From: an uncultured bacterium
GTDB taxonomy: Bacteria > Eisenbacteria > RBG-16-71-46 > JABDJR01
DNA: 57,914 bases
Assembly (NCBI GenBank): GCA_964424285.1
Contig: CAYRIJ010000001.1
Coordinates: forward strand, 1-57,914
Reading direction: 5' to 3'
Made by a program: the position numbers and the translations under genes
Part shown: positions 1-9,443 of the stretch, piece after piece
Layout: each line of letters starts with the position of its first letter
Numbering within the stretch: position 1 is the first letter of the stretch
Notes under the pieces: generated by a model
The model's database searches: none
The model's input: the letters and a program-made list of their open reading frames with translations, nothing else
What the model was told of the DNA's origin: nothing

Positions 1-1
1 G

Positions 2-406
2 GGCCGGAACTTCTGGATCCACGACGAGGACTCGACCCATACCGACCTCCTCTTCCGCACCTCCCAGGTGAACAACATATCGGTCACCCTGACCTACGGC
101 GCGGCCACCGTGCCGACCGAGCCGGACAAACCCGCCGGGTCCATGAAGCTCCACGTGACCGCCCACCTGGAGGTGGACGACGTGAACGGCACCACCTACG
201 TGGTGGACGGGGACTACGAGGACTTCTACTTCCGCAAGGGGCTGCTCCAGAACGCGGGCGAGGACACCACGAAGTGGTACCTCTTCGAGTGGCACGACAT
301 CCAGAATCTCGGGAGCAACGGCGCCGGGCCCGGCGGCCCCTCCGGGGTGGAGTCCACGGCGGTCCAAAGGACGACCTGGGGCTCCATCAAGCAGATGTAT
401 CGGTGA
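2..406 (+). CDS. 3' end of a CDS that starts upstream of the window; hypothetical (probably secreted/surface) protein
   Basis: Frame 2 is open from nt 2 (GRNFWIHDEDSTHTDLLFRTSQ...) and runs into the listed 68..406 ORF; stop TGA at 404-406. Protein-like composition, no catalytic motif recognised; ends ...TTWGSIKQMYR. Confidence 0.5.
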   Translation, partial: GRNFWIHDEDSTHTDLLFRTSQVNNISVTLTYGAATVPTEPDKPAGSMKLHVTAHLEVDDVNGTTYVVDGDYEDFYFRKGLLQNAGEDTTKWYLFEWHDIQNLGSNGAGPGGPSGVESTAVQRTTWGSIKQMYR

Positions 407-594
407 TCCGGAGGGCGGACGGGTCCCCGGCTCCCCGGGATCAGTCCGCCCGCTTGACACTCCCACCCCGCCGTCCGTAGCCTGCCTGGGCCCATCGCGA
501 ACCGCGCGGCGGGCGCCGATCCCGGACCGGCCCGGATTTGCCATGACCCTGGCCTTCGACCCGGCGGCACTCCGAACGCGACCCGAACCTGACC

Positions 595-1821
595 TTGAAC
601 CCGCTCTCACCCGGGAGGCGCGCCATCTCTCGTCGTCATCGCCGCCGCCGCCGCTCCCCGCTGCGAGCGATCCTCGTCCTGGCCCTGGTGGCCGCGGCGG
701 CGTACTTCGGCGGGCGCTACATGCTCTCCCCGCCCGGCCGCTACCTGGTGGCCACCCGGATCTGGAACGGGAAGCCCTCCCGCATGAAGCCGGTCCTGGA
801 GGAGGCCATGGCCCGGGCGGCGCGGCGCCTCGATCTTCCCCCCCCCATGCCCCAGCTCATCTGCAAGCCGGACACCACCGGATCGAGCATCTGCCGCTCC
901 ACCATCGCCCTTCCCCCGGGGGTGAGCACCATCCAGGCCAACGCCGAGCTCACCCGCGCGCTCACCGGGCTGGGGACCCAGTTCGTCTCCGGGGCCCAGA
1001 GCCCCGACGGCACGGTGGAGATCCGCTTCCGGGCCGGGAAGCAGGTGACGGTGGCCCTCACCCTCCTCCCCCCGGTGGGGACCGGTCTGGACACCATGGT
1101 GACCCCCGCCCCGAGCCTCCCCCAGGTCGAGGTCCGGGCGCGGCTGGCCCTCATCATCGACGACTACGGGGAGGACGCCGGGGCCTCGGCCCGGTTCCGG
1201 GAGCTCCCCGGGACCTTCACCGCCGCCGTCCGCTCCAACCTGGACGACCCCGGGCGGATCGCCGACCAGGCCCGCAAGGCCGGTTTCGAGGTGATCCTGA
1301 ACCTCCCCATGGAGCCCGAGAACTACCCCACCCGGACCCCCGGATCCGACGCCATCCTGGTCGATCTCTCCGGCCGCGAGATCCGCAAGCGGGTGGACGA
1401 CGCCCTGGACCGGGTGGGCCCGGTTCCCGGGGTGAAGTCCTACATGGGCGCCCTGGCGGTGGAGGATCGCGACGTCGTCCGTCCGGTCCTGGAGGAGATC
1501 AAGAAGCGCGGGCTCTTCTTCGTGGACGCGGCCATGTCCAACTACTCCACCGTTCCCGAGCTGGCCCACGAGATCGGGGTTCCCAGCCTCACCATCACCT
1601 CCCAGTCCGAGGTGGACCTGGGGCGGCGCGACGCCGGCACCATCGGGATCCGGTTCGAGGACCTGGTCAACACCTGCCGCCGCCGGGGCTACGCGGTGGG
1701 CATCATCCACGCCCGGGAGGGCACCCTGAGCGTGCTCCGGGACCGGCTCCCCGGCCTGGCCCGGGAGGGCATCGTGGTCATGGGGCTCTCCGAGGTGATG
1801 AAGGCCCACGAGCTGGAGTAG
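595..1821 (+). CDS. YibQ-like divergent polysaccharide deacetylase family membrane protein
   Basis: Arg-rich N-terminus plus one TM helix (ILVLALVAAAAYF). The C-terminal half (ARLALIIDDYGED...FTAAV...EVILNLPMEPENYP...SYMGALAVED...) looks like the YibQ/divergent deacetylase family. The track start is TTG; the true start is uncertain. Confidence 0.7.
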   Translation: MNPLSPGRRAISRRHRRRRRSPLRAILVLALVAAAAYFGGRYMLSPPGRYLVATRIWNGKPSRMKPVLEEAMARAARRLDLPPPMPQLICKPDTTGSSICRSTIALPPGVSTIQANAELTRALTGLGTQFVSGAQSPDGTVEIRFRAGKQVTVALTLLPPVGTGLDTMVTPAPSLPQVEVRARLALIIDDYGEDAGASARFRELPGTFTAAVRSNLDDPGRIADQARKAGFEVILNLPMEPENYPTRTPGSDAILVDLSGREIRKRVDDALDRVGPVPGVKSYMGALAVEDRDVVRPVLEEIKKRGLFFVDAAMSNYSTVPELAHEIGVPSLTITSQSEVDLGRRDAGTIGIRFEDLVNTCRRRGYAVGIIHAREGTLSVLRDRLPGLAREGIVVMGLSEVMKAHELE

Positions 1822-1924
1822 CGGGGGCCCCCGACCGGCAACCCGCCCCGGGGGCGCGGTTTAGCCCTGTCCATCTAAGTGCTTGCGCGCCAAGGAGCCG
1901 CGAGCGCCACGGCCCGGCTTTTCG

Positions 1925-1953
1925 TTGACAGACCCGGGGGGGTGGCGTAGCAT
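1925..1953 (+). promoter_or_regulatory. sigma-70-like promoter candidate for secDF
   Basis: TTGACA (1925-1930), 17-nt spacer, TAGCAT (1948-1953), about 50 nt upstream of the secD ATG at 2002. Confidence 0.35.
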
Positions 1954-2001
1954 GTGGCGCCTTGTGTTCCATCCCCTGATTGCTCCCACGGAGTGTTCTT
2001 G

Positions 2002-3657
2002 ATGAGTAACCTGCGCTGGAAATGGTCCCTCCTGATCATCGTGCTCGCGGTGTTCGGGTGGTACCTGGTGCCCACGATCCGCTACTACTCCATGCCCCCC
2101 GATGTTCAATCCTCGAACGTCCCCCGGGTGGAGAAGATCCGCGAAGGGGCCATGAAGCTCGGTCTGGACCTCCAGGGCGGGTCCTACCTGGTCTACGAGG
2201 TGGACCTGGCCAAGATCCCCAAGGAGCAGCGCCGGGGGGACGAGGTGGACCGGGCCATCGAGATCATCCGGAACCGCATCGACCAGTTCGGGGTGAGCGA
2301 GCCGGTCATCCAGAAGCAGGGCCAGGACCGGATCGTGGTGCAGCTCCCGGGTCTGACCGACCCGGAGCGGGCGAAAGAGCTGGTCGGGAAGACCGCCCGG
2401 CTGGAGTTCCGGCTGGTCAAGACCAAGCAGGAGTTCTACCAGGCCCTGGCCGCCATGGACGTGGCGGTGGCCCGGCGGGAGAAGCTGGGCGACTTCGCCG
2501 ACACCGCCTCCGTCGCCGCCGGCGACAGCGCCGCCGCCGACAGCGCGGCCGCGGCGGACACCACCGGCGCCTCCACCAACCCCTTCACCCGGCTCCTCAC
2601 CCAGGCCCAGAACGCCGACGCCGGGTACGCCTACGTCCCCGCCCAGAACTACGACAAGGCCTACGCCATGTGGAAGGCGGTGGCCTTCGACTCCACCAAG
2701 GAGGAGCCCCGGGTCCTGGCCGGGAACACCGTGCTCCTCTGGGGGGACCGGCAGTTCGGTTCGGGGACCGAGAACCCCGGCCGGTACATCTACGCCCTGA
2801 GCGGCCGGCCGGATCTCACCGGGGACCAGGTGGCCGACGCCAAGGTGGCCTTCGGTCTGGAGCCGTCCCGGCCCAACGCCCCCGGGGTGAGCCTCAGCCT
2901 GGACAAGCGGGGCGCGGGCATCTTCACCCGGCTCACCGGGAACAACGTGGGACGCCAGCTGGCCATCGTTCTCGACAACACCGTGAAGTCGGCCCCGGTC
3001 ATCCAGGACAAGATCCGCGGCGGCCGCGCCTCGATCACCGGGCTCCAGGGGGACAACGAGGCCAAGGACCTGGGGATCGTGCTCCGGGCCGGCGCCCTTC
3101 CCACCGACCTCATCCTCCAGGAGGAGCGGACGGTGGGTCCGTCCCTGGGGAAGGACAGCATCCGGGAAGGGCTTCAGGCCTCGCTGGTCGGCCTCATCCT
3201 GGTGGTGGGGTTCACCGCGGTCTACTACCGGCTCTCCGGGATCGTCGCGGTGATGGCGCTCCTCATCAACCTCTTCTTCATCGTGGCCACCCTGAGCATG
3301 CTTCGAGGGACGTTGACCCTGCCCGGCATCGCCGGCGTGGTGCTCACCATCGGTATGGCGGTGGACGCCAACGTGCTCATCCTGGAACGTGTGCGCGAGG
3401 AGCTACGAAACGGCAAGACGGTCCGGGGGGCGATCGAGGCCGGCTACGGCCGCGCCTTCATCACCATTCTGGACTCGAACCTGACCACCCTGATCTCCTC
3501 GGTGGTGCTGTTCCAGTTCGGCACCGGCCCCATCAAGGGGTTCGCCATCACCCTGATGATCGGGATCATCGCCAACGTCTTCACCGCGGTCTTCGTGACG
3601 CGGCTGGTCTACGACTCCTTCATGGCCAAGCGGCCGATCAAGAAGCTGAGTATCTAG
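2002..3657 (+). CDS. secD: protein translocase subunit SecD
   Basis: MSNLRWKWSLLIIVLAVFGWYLVP..., LGLDLQGG, RIDQFGVSEPVIQKQG, six C-terminal TM helices with MAVDANVLILERVREE. ATG at 2002 preferred over the upstream alternative start at 1954. Confidence 0.9.
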   Translation: MSNLRWKWSLLIIVLAVFGWYLVPTIRYYSMPPDVQSSNVPRVEKIREGAMKLGLDLQGGSYLVYEVDLAKIPKEQRRGDEVDRAIEIIRNRIDQFGVSEPVIQKQGQDRIVVQLPGLTDPERAKELVGKTARLEFRLVKTKQEFYQALAAMDVAVARREKLGDFADTASVAAGDSAAADSAAAADTTGASTNPFTRLLTQAQNADAGYAYVPAQNYDKAYAMWKAVAFDSTKEEPRVLAGNTVLLWGDRQFGSGTENPGRYIYALSGRPDLTGDQVADAKVAFGLEPSRPNAPGVSLSLDKRGAGIFTRLTGNNVGRQLAIVLDNTVKSAPVIQDKIRGGRASITGLQGDNEAKDLGIVLRAGALPTDLILQEERTVGPSLGKDSIREGLQASLVGLILVVGFTAVYYRLSGIVAVMALLINLFFIVATLSMLRGTLTLPGIAGVVLTIGMAVDANVLILERVREELRNGKTVRGAIEAGYGRAFITILDSNLTTLISSVVLFQFGTGPIKGFAITLMIGIIANVFTAVFVTRLVYDSFMAKRPIKKLSI

Positions 3658-3666
3658 GGAGCGTCC

Positions 3667-4614
3667 ATGTTTGAGATTTTCGTCGGCGCCAAGTTCAACT
3701 TCATGGGACACCGGCGCTTCGCGTACTTCCTCTCCGGGTCCCTGATCCTGATCAGCATCCTCTCCCTGGTCCTCCACGGGGGCCCGCGGGAGTCGATCGA
3801 CTTCACCGGGGGCACCGTCCTCTACCTCGACTTCAATCCCAAGGTGGCGGTGGGGGACATCCGCTCCGCGGCCCAGAAGGCCGGGTTGGGTGGGGTCCAG
3901 GTCCAGATGGCCGAGGACGGAAGCCAGGCCATCCTGCACTTCGGCAAGAACGAGACCTCGGGGGACGCCTTCCAGAACTTCCAGACCCAGCTCGAGGAGA
4001 CCCATCCCGAGGTCGCCCTCACCCTTCTGAGCCAGGAGACGGTAGGGCCCAAGGTGGGAAGCGAGCTGGAGGAGAAGGCCACCCTGGCCATTCTCTGGAG
4101 CCTCGTCCTCATCCTCATCTACATCGCCTGGCGATTCACCCGCTTCAGCTTCGGGTTGGGCGCGGTGCTGGCTCTCTTCCACGACATCCTCATCACCCTG
4201 GGACTCTTCTCCATCCTGAACCGGGAGATCAGCCTCACCGTGGTGGCCGCCTTCCTCACCATCGGCGGGTACTCGATCAACGACACCATCGTGGTGTTCG
4301 ACCGGATCCGGGAGAACATGGGGCTCATCCGCCGGATGAGCTTCGCCGAGGTCATCAACAAGAGCGTGAACCAGACCCTGAGCCGCACCGTGCTGACCGC
4401 GGGGACCACGCTCCTGGCCGTCCTGGCCCTCTTCTTCCTGGGCGGGCCGGTCATCCACGAGTTCGCCCTGGCCATGCTGGCCGGGGTCGTGATCGGGACC
4501 TACTCGTCCATCTTCGTGGCCAGCGCTCTGGCCCTGGACATCTCGATGTGGTGGACCCGGCGGAAGCAGACCAAGACCGCGGGAACCCCGGCCAAGACCG
4601 CGGCCGCCCGCTAG
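3667..4614 (+). CDS. secF: protein translocase subunit SecF
   Basis: Starts 9 nt after secD. IDFTGGT motif, TM-rich C-terminus with GYSINDTIVVFDRIREN. Confidence 0.9.
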   Translation: MFEIFVGAKFNFMGHRRFAYFLSGSLILISILSLVLHGGPRESIDFTGGTVLYLDFNPKVAVGDIRSAAQKAGLGGVQVQMAEDGSQAILHFGKNETSGDAFQNFQTQLEETHPEVALTLLSQETVGPKVGSELEEKATLAILWSLVLILIYIAWRFTRFSFGLGAVLALFHDILITLGLFSILNREISLTVVAAFLTIGGYSINDTIVVFDRIRENMGLIRRMSFAEVINKSVNQTLSRTVLTAGTTLLAVLALFFLGGPVIHEFALAMLAGVVIGTYSSIFVASALALDISMWWTRRKQTKTAGTPAKTAAAR

Positions 4615-4813
4615 TTGCGGGGATCCGGCCCCGCCCGCCGGAAGGGGCCGACGGGGTCCTCCCCCCCGGAATTCCGCCGTCGCCCCCGCTTCGGGTGGAA
4701 TCCCGACCCGCTCCATCCGTTATACTAAGAGGTTACAATCGTCTTTCGAGGCCGCCCCCTCACGGCTTCCCGGGAACCCGGTCCCCCTCACGAGCGTCTA
4801 ATGGGTTGGGCCT

Positions 4814-5500
4814 ATGAAGTTTAGATTCCTGATCCCCACCTTGGTTCTCGCCTCCTCCCTGGCCGTCACCGCGGCCTGGGTTCCGGCCGCCCACGCCCTG
4901 GACCAGGGGTTCCGCATCGCCCGGCTCAAGTACGGGGGCGGGGGGGACTGGTACTCCAACCCCACGTCGCTCCCCAATCTCATGAAGGCGCTCCGGAGCC
5001 GCACCGCGATCGAGGTGACCGGCGACCAGGAGGCGCGGGTGGAGCTTCTGGACGAGAACCTCTTCTCGTATCCTCTGATCTACATGAACGGCCACGGGGA
5101 GGTCCGGTTCAGCCAGGCCGAGGTCGACCGCCTGCGCCAGTACCTGGACCGGGGAGGTTTCCTGTGGGCGGACGACAACTACGGGATGGACCGCTCGTTC
5201 CGGCGCGAGATCGCCAAGGTGTTCCCCGGGCAGGAACTGGTGGAGATCCCCTTCAACCACGAGGTCTTCCACGACTTCTACGATCTGCCCCACGGAACCC
5301 CGAAGGTGCACGAGCACGACGGGTTGCCCGCCCAGTCCCTGGGGCTCTTCGACAAGGGGAGGCTCGTCGTCCTCTACACCTACCAGTCGGACATCGGGGA
5401 CGGCATGGAGGATCCCGAGGTTCACAACGACCCGGCCCCCATCCGTGAACAGGCCATGGAGTTCGCGGTCAATCTCGTGGTCTACGTCATGACCCACTAG
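4814..5500 (+). CDS. DUF4159-like secreted protein (GATase1/ThuA-like fold family seen in Bat/MoxR-type clusters)
   Basis: Signal peptide (MKFRFLIPTLVLASSLAVTAAWVPAAHA). RIARLKYGGGGDWYSNPTSLPNL...YPLIYMNGHGEVRFSQAEVDRLRQYLDRGGFLWADDNYGMD matches my memory of DUF4159. Confidence 0.7.
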   Translation: MKFRFLIPTLVLASSLAVTAAWVPAAHALDQGFRIARLKYGGGGDWYSNPTSLPNLMKALRSRTAIEVTGDQEARVELLDENLFSYPLIYMNGHGEVRFSQAEVDRLRQYLDRGGFLWADDNYGMDRSFRREIAKVFPGQELVEIPFNHEVFHDFYDLPHGTPKVHEHDGLPAQSLGLFDKGRLVVLYTYQSDIGDGMEDPEVHNDPAPIREQAMEFAVNLVVYVMTH

Positions 5501-5509
5501 GAGCGAGCC

Positions 5510-8500
5510 ATGAACGATCCCGGCTATCGCCAGATCATCGAAGCCCTGGACGGAGGACGTCGGGCTCTGGCCCGCGCGCGCCTGACCGCCGGACTCTTCC
5601 GCTTCCTGGGGATCGCCGCGACCACCGTGGCCGGCCTGGTGCTGTGGGCGGTGCTGGTGCGCTTCCTGCGGTTCTACAGCGTGCCGGTGGCCGCCGGGGC
5701 CTCGATCCTGGGGGCGGGGGTGGTGGTGTTCGCCCTCATCCGATGGATCGTGGTGCCCCTGGTGCGGCTCCCCGGCCGCGACGCCTTCGTGGCCCTGGTG
5801 GAGCGCCGGTTCCCCCGGGAGAAGAACCTCATCGTCAACGCCTACCAGCTCGGCGAGGCCGGCCGCACCCCCCAGGCCGACCGCGCCCCCGACCTGGTGG
5901 ACGCGCTGATCGCCCGCGCTTCGGAGCGGGTCCGGGAGATGGATCTCCGGCGCTGGCGCGACCCGGCCCCCGACCGGCCGTATCTGTGGGCGGGGGGAGG
6001 CGCGATCGCGGTCATGGCGATCCTGGGCTTCGCCTCCCCCGCGCTCCTCACCGGGGCGTTGGGGCAGGTGCTCAGGCCGTCCCGGGCCGAGGCGCCGCCG
6101 GTCACCCTCACCGTGACCCCCGGCGATGTCGAAGTGGACCGGGGAAGCGACGTCACCGTTTCGGTCGCGGTCGACGGCACCGGGCACGCGCCGGTGCTGC
6201 GCTTCCGGGAGCACGGGGGCGAATGGCGGGCCCGCGACTTCGGACCCCACGCCGCCGACGCGGTGAACCGGGAGGGCGGACTCTGGGACAGCGTGCTTCC
6301 CCGGGTGGACCGGAACCTCGAGTACCGGGTGGAGGCGCCCCGGGCGGAGAGCGGCGTGTTCGCCATCACCGTGCGCGAGCCTCCCCGGCTGGCCGGCTTC
6401 CGCGCCCACCTCACCTACCCCGCCTACAGCGGGCTGGGGAACGAGACCCTGAACTCGGGGAGCGGCGACGTCGCGGCTCTGAAGGGCACCGACGTCGACC
6501 TCCGGGTACTCACCAACCGGCCCATGGCCAAGGCCTGGCTGGAATGGCGGGACGACCGGGCGGACAGCGCCCGGCGGGTGGATCTCGCCTCGGCCGACGG
6601 CACCACCTGGAAGACCGACTTCCGCATGATGGAGCCCGCCAGCTACGCGGTGGTGCTGGGGGACGAGAGCGGCGAGGCGCGCCTGCGCTCGCCCCGCTAC
6701 CGCGTGGACCCGGTGGCCGACCGCGCGCCCTACCTGACCCTCCACTACCCCCAGGACGATCACGACCTCACCCAGGACATGATGGAGCGGATCGTGGCCG
6801 ACGCGGCCGACGACTACGGGTTCAGCTCGGCGCGGGTGGTCTACAAGGTGGGCGACGGCCCCGAGCGGGCCACCGGCTTTCATCCCTTCACCGCGGGTCA
6901 GAAGGAGTTCCGGCTGGACACCCTCTGGGACCTGAAGGGGCTCGATCTTGCTCCCGGTTCGGTTCTCACCTACTACGTGGAGGTGAAGGACAACGACACG
7001 GTGAGCGGGCCCAAGGCGGCGCGCTCTCCGGTCCGGCGGGTCCGCTATCCCACCGTGGCCGAGCTCTACGCCGACGTGGCCGACGATCACAAGCGGGAGA
7101 TCGGAAGCCTCTCCGACCTGCACAAGGAGCAGAGCGACCTCCGGGAGCGTCTGGAGAAGCTCCAGAACGAGCTCAAGCAGGGGAAGCAGATGGACTGGGA
7201 CGTCCGCCAGGACGTGCAGAAATCGGTGGACCAGCAGAAGAGCCTGGAGGAGCAACTGTCCGAGGTGGTGAGCCGGCTCCAGGAGACGGTGTCCAAGGCC
7301 TCGGACCGGGCCCAGATGAACCCGGACCTGGTCCAGAAGATGGGGGAGATCAACGACCTCCTCCAGGGACTCAACAACGAGAACCTGAAGCGCTCCTTCC
7401 AGGAACTCTCCAAGGCCCTGGAGAAGATGGACCGGGACGCGGTGCGAAACGCCCTGGAGAAGCTCCAGGCCAACCAGGACGAGATGTTGAAGGGGCTCGA
7501 CCGCACCATCGAGCTTCTGAAGCAGATCCACCGCGACGAGCAGGTGGAGGACGTGGTGCGCCGGACCGACGAGATCGCCGAACTCCAGAACCAGATCGCC
7601 AAGGAGCTGGAGAAGATGGGGGCCAAGCCGCCGGACCCGGCCGCCGAGCCCTCGCCCGGCGATCAGGAGCAGAACCCCGACCCGAAGGCCGGCGACCCCG
7701 AGAAGGCGTCCGATCCGAGCCGGAAGGGGGACGAGAAGTCCGCCGACGAGGCCAAGAAGGCCGATCAGGCCGGGAAGAAGGACGAGGCCTCGGCCCAGGA
7801 CAAGCAGGACGCCGAGGCCAAGGCTCAGGAGCAGGCTCAGAATCAGAATCCGGACCAGAAACCTGATTCCGCCCAGGACCAGAAGGGCGACCCGGACTCG
7901 AAGGACCAGAAGGGCCAGAAAGACCCGCAGGACCAGAAGGGCGCGAAGGATCAGGGGGAGCAGGGCCGGAAGGACCAGCAGAGCCCGCAGGACCAGGAGA
8001 AGCAGCTGGAATCCGGGAAGGAGAACCAGCAGAACCAGGACTCGGAGAAAGCCCTCGAGGATCTCAAGAAGAGCCTGGAGGAGCTCCGCGACCAGCTGGC
8101 CAAGAAGAACCAGCCGCAGAGCGGCGATCAGAAGGGGAGCAAGAGCGGCCAGGAGAAGAAGAACTCGGGGGACCAGCAGGACCAGCTCAAGCAGCTGGCC
8201 CAGAAGCAGGAAGAGGCCCAGCAGAAGCTCGCCGAGCTCAAGCGCCAGCTCGAGACCCTCCGGAAGATGAACAAGGACAAGCCGGGCTCCATGGACAAGA
8301 TGAGCGAGATGCAGAAGAGCAAGCTCATGCGGGACCTGGAGAAGAACATGAAGCAGGCCCAGCAGGGGATGAACCAGGGTCAGCCCCAGCCCGCGGCCGA
8401 CTTCGCCTTCCGGGCCCGGGACGAGGCGGCGGGGCTGGCCGACATGGCCAAGTCCATGAAGCAGCAGATGGAGCAACAGCTGACCGACGACACCATCCAG

Positions 8501-9424
8501 AAGATGGAGAAGATCATCCGGAACCTGATCGACGTGTCCCAGGACCAGGAAGGCCTGGCCGCGGCGTCGGACGCCGACTCGCGCCTCCAGGCCCAGCGCC
8601 AGTTCGACCTGACCGGGGTGACCCAGGCCCTGGCCGAGAGCCTCGAGGCGGTGGCCAAGCAGAGCCTGGCCATCAAGAACACCCAGCAGGCCAAGCTGGG
8701 CTCGGCGGTGCAGAAGATGGACCGGGCCTCCCAGCTCTTCGAGCAGGGGAATTCCCAGGGGGCGGAGTTCCAGGGCCGGGAGTCCGCCTCGGACCTGAAC
8801 GAGGCCATCGTCCAGCTCATGAAGTCCCACGCCCAGATGTGCAGCGGCTCGTCGGGGGGCGAGAAGTCGAAGCAGATGAAGGATCAGCTCACCGGGCTCA
8901 GCGAATCCCAGGAGCAGCTCAACCGGGCCACCCGCCAGATGCTGGAACGGCTCCAGGGAAAGGGCCGGCTCAGCATGACCGAGGCCCAGCGGCTCCAGCA
9001 GATGGCCGCCCAGCAGGAGATGATCCGGCAGGGGCTGGAGGAGCTTCAGCAGAACTTCGACCAGGCCAAGGACCTCCTGGGCGACGTCGATCAGCTCAAG
9101 CGGGAGATGGAGGACGCCCAGAAGGACCTCGCCGAGAAACACGTGGACCCGCGGCTGATGGAACGCCAGCAGAAGATCCTCTCCCGGCTCCTCGACGCCC
9201 AGCGCTCCATCCGCCAGCAGGAGATGAGCCCCCAGCGGGAGAGCAAGACCGCCACCCTGGCCGAGCGGCAGTCCCCGCCCCCCATTCCCGAGGAGCTGTT
9301 GAAGAAGGACCGCACCCTGGAGGAGGACGTTCTCCGGGGATCCGACGACCGCTATCCCTCCCAGTACCGAAAGCTGGTCGAGGAGTACTTCCGGGCGCTT
9401 TCCAAGGAGACCCGCAATCCGTAG
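5510..9424 (+). CDS. 1304-aa membrane protein with two N-terminal TM helices, a beta-rich ectodomain and a long coiled-coil/low-complexity K-Q-D-E region (DUF4175-like)
   Basis: AGGAG 7 nt upstream of the ATG. TM helices at about aa 28-50 and 55-80. Acidic/basic low-complexity block at about nt 7620-8230. C-terminus ...RYPSQYRKLVEEYFRALSKE resembles DUF4175/TIGR02302-type proteins. The family call is from memory only. Confidence 0.7.
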   Translation: MNDPGYRQIIEALDGGRRALARARLTAGLFRFLGIAATTVAGLVLWAVLVRFLRFYSVPVAAGASILGAGVVVFALIRWIVVPLVRLPGRDAFVALVERRFPREKNLIVNAYQLGEAGRTPQADRAPDLVDALIARASERVREMDLRRWRDPAPDRPYLWAGGGAIAVMAILGFASPALLTGALGQVLRPSRAEAPPVTLTVTPGDVEVDRGSDVTVSVAVDGTGHAPVLRFREHGGEWRARDFGPHAADAVNREGGLWDSVLPRVDRNLEYRVEAPRAESGVFAITVREPPRLAGFRAHLTYPAYSGLGNETLNSGSGDVAALKGTDVDLRVLTNRPMAKAWLEWRDDRADSARRVDLASADGTTWKTDFRMMEPASYAVVLGDESGEARLRSPRYRVDPVADRAPYLTLHYPQDDHDLTQDMMERIVADAADDYGFSSARVVYKVGDGPERATGFHPFTAGQKEFRLDTLWDLKGLDLAPGSVLTYYVEVKDNDTVSGPKAARSPVRRVRYPTVAELYADVADDHKREIGSLSDLHKEQSDLRERLEKLQNELKQGKQMDWDVRQDVQKSVDQQKSLEEQLSEVVSRLQETVSKASDRAQMNPDLVQKMGEINDLLQGLNNENLKRSFQELSKALEKMDRDAVRNALEKLQANQDEMLKGLDRTIELLKQIHRDEQVEDVVRRTDEIAELQNQIAKELEKMGAKPPDPAAEPSPGDQEQNPDPKAGDPEKASDPSRKGDEKSADEAKKADQAGKKDEASAQDKQDAEAKAQEQAQNQNPDQKPDSAQDQKGDPDSKDQKGQKDPQDQKGAKDQGEQGRKDQQSPQDQEKQLESGKENQQNQDSEKALEDLKKSLEELRDQLAKKNQPQSGDQKGSKSGQEKKNSGDQQDQLKQLAQKQEEAQQKLAELKRQLETLRKMNKDKPGSMDKMSEMQKSKLMRDLEKNMKQAQQGMNQGQPQPAADFAFRARDEAAGLADMAKSMKQQMEQQLTDDTIQKMEKIIRNLIDVSQDQEGLAAASDADSRLQAQRQFDLTGVTQALAESLEAVAKQSLAIKNTQQAKLGSAVQKMDRASQLFEQGNSQGAEFQGRESASDLNEAIVQLMKSHAQMCSGSSGGEKSKQMKDQLTGLSESQEQLNRATRQMLERLQGKGRLSMTEAQRLQQMAAQQEMIRQGLEELQQNFDQAKDLLGDVDQLKREMEDAQKDLAEKHVDPRLMERQQKILSRLLDAQRSIRQQEMSPQRESKTATLAERQSPPPIPEELLKKDRTLEEDVLRGSDDRYPSQYRKLVEEYFRALSKETRNP

Positions 9425-9443
9425 GCCAAGGACGAACCGCTTC

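Noticed and set aside
7620-8230. Possible DNA tandem repeat or CRISPR-like array in the K/Q/D-rich block
   Set aside because: There are no exact direct repeats with unique spacers. The periodicity exists only at the amino-acid composition level, inside a continuous ORF. No cas genes are present.
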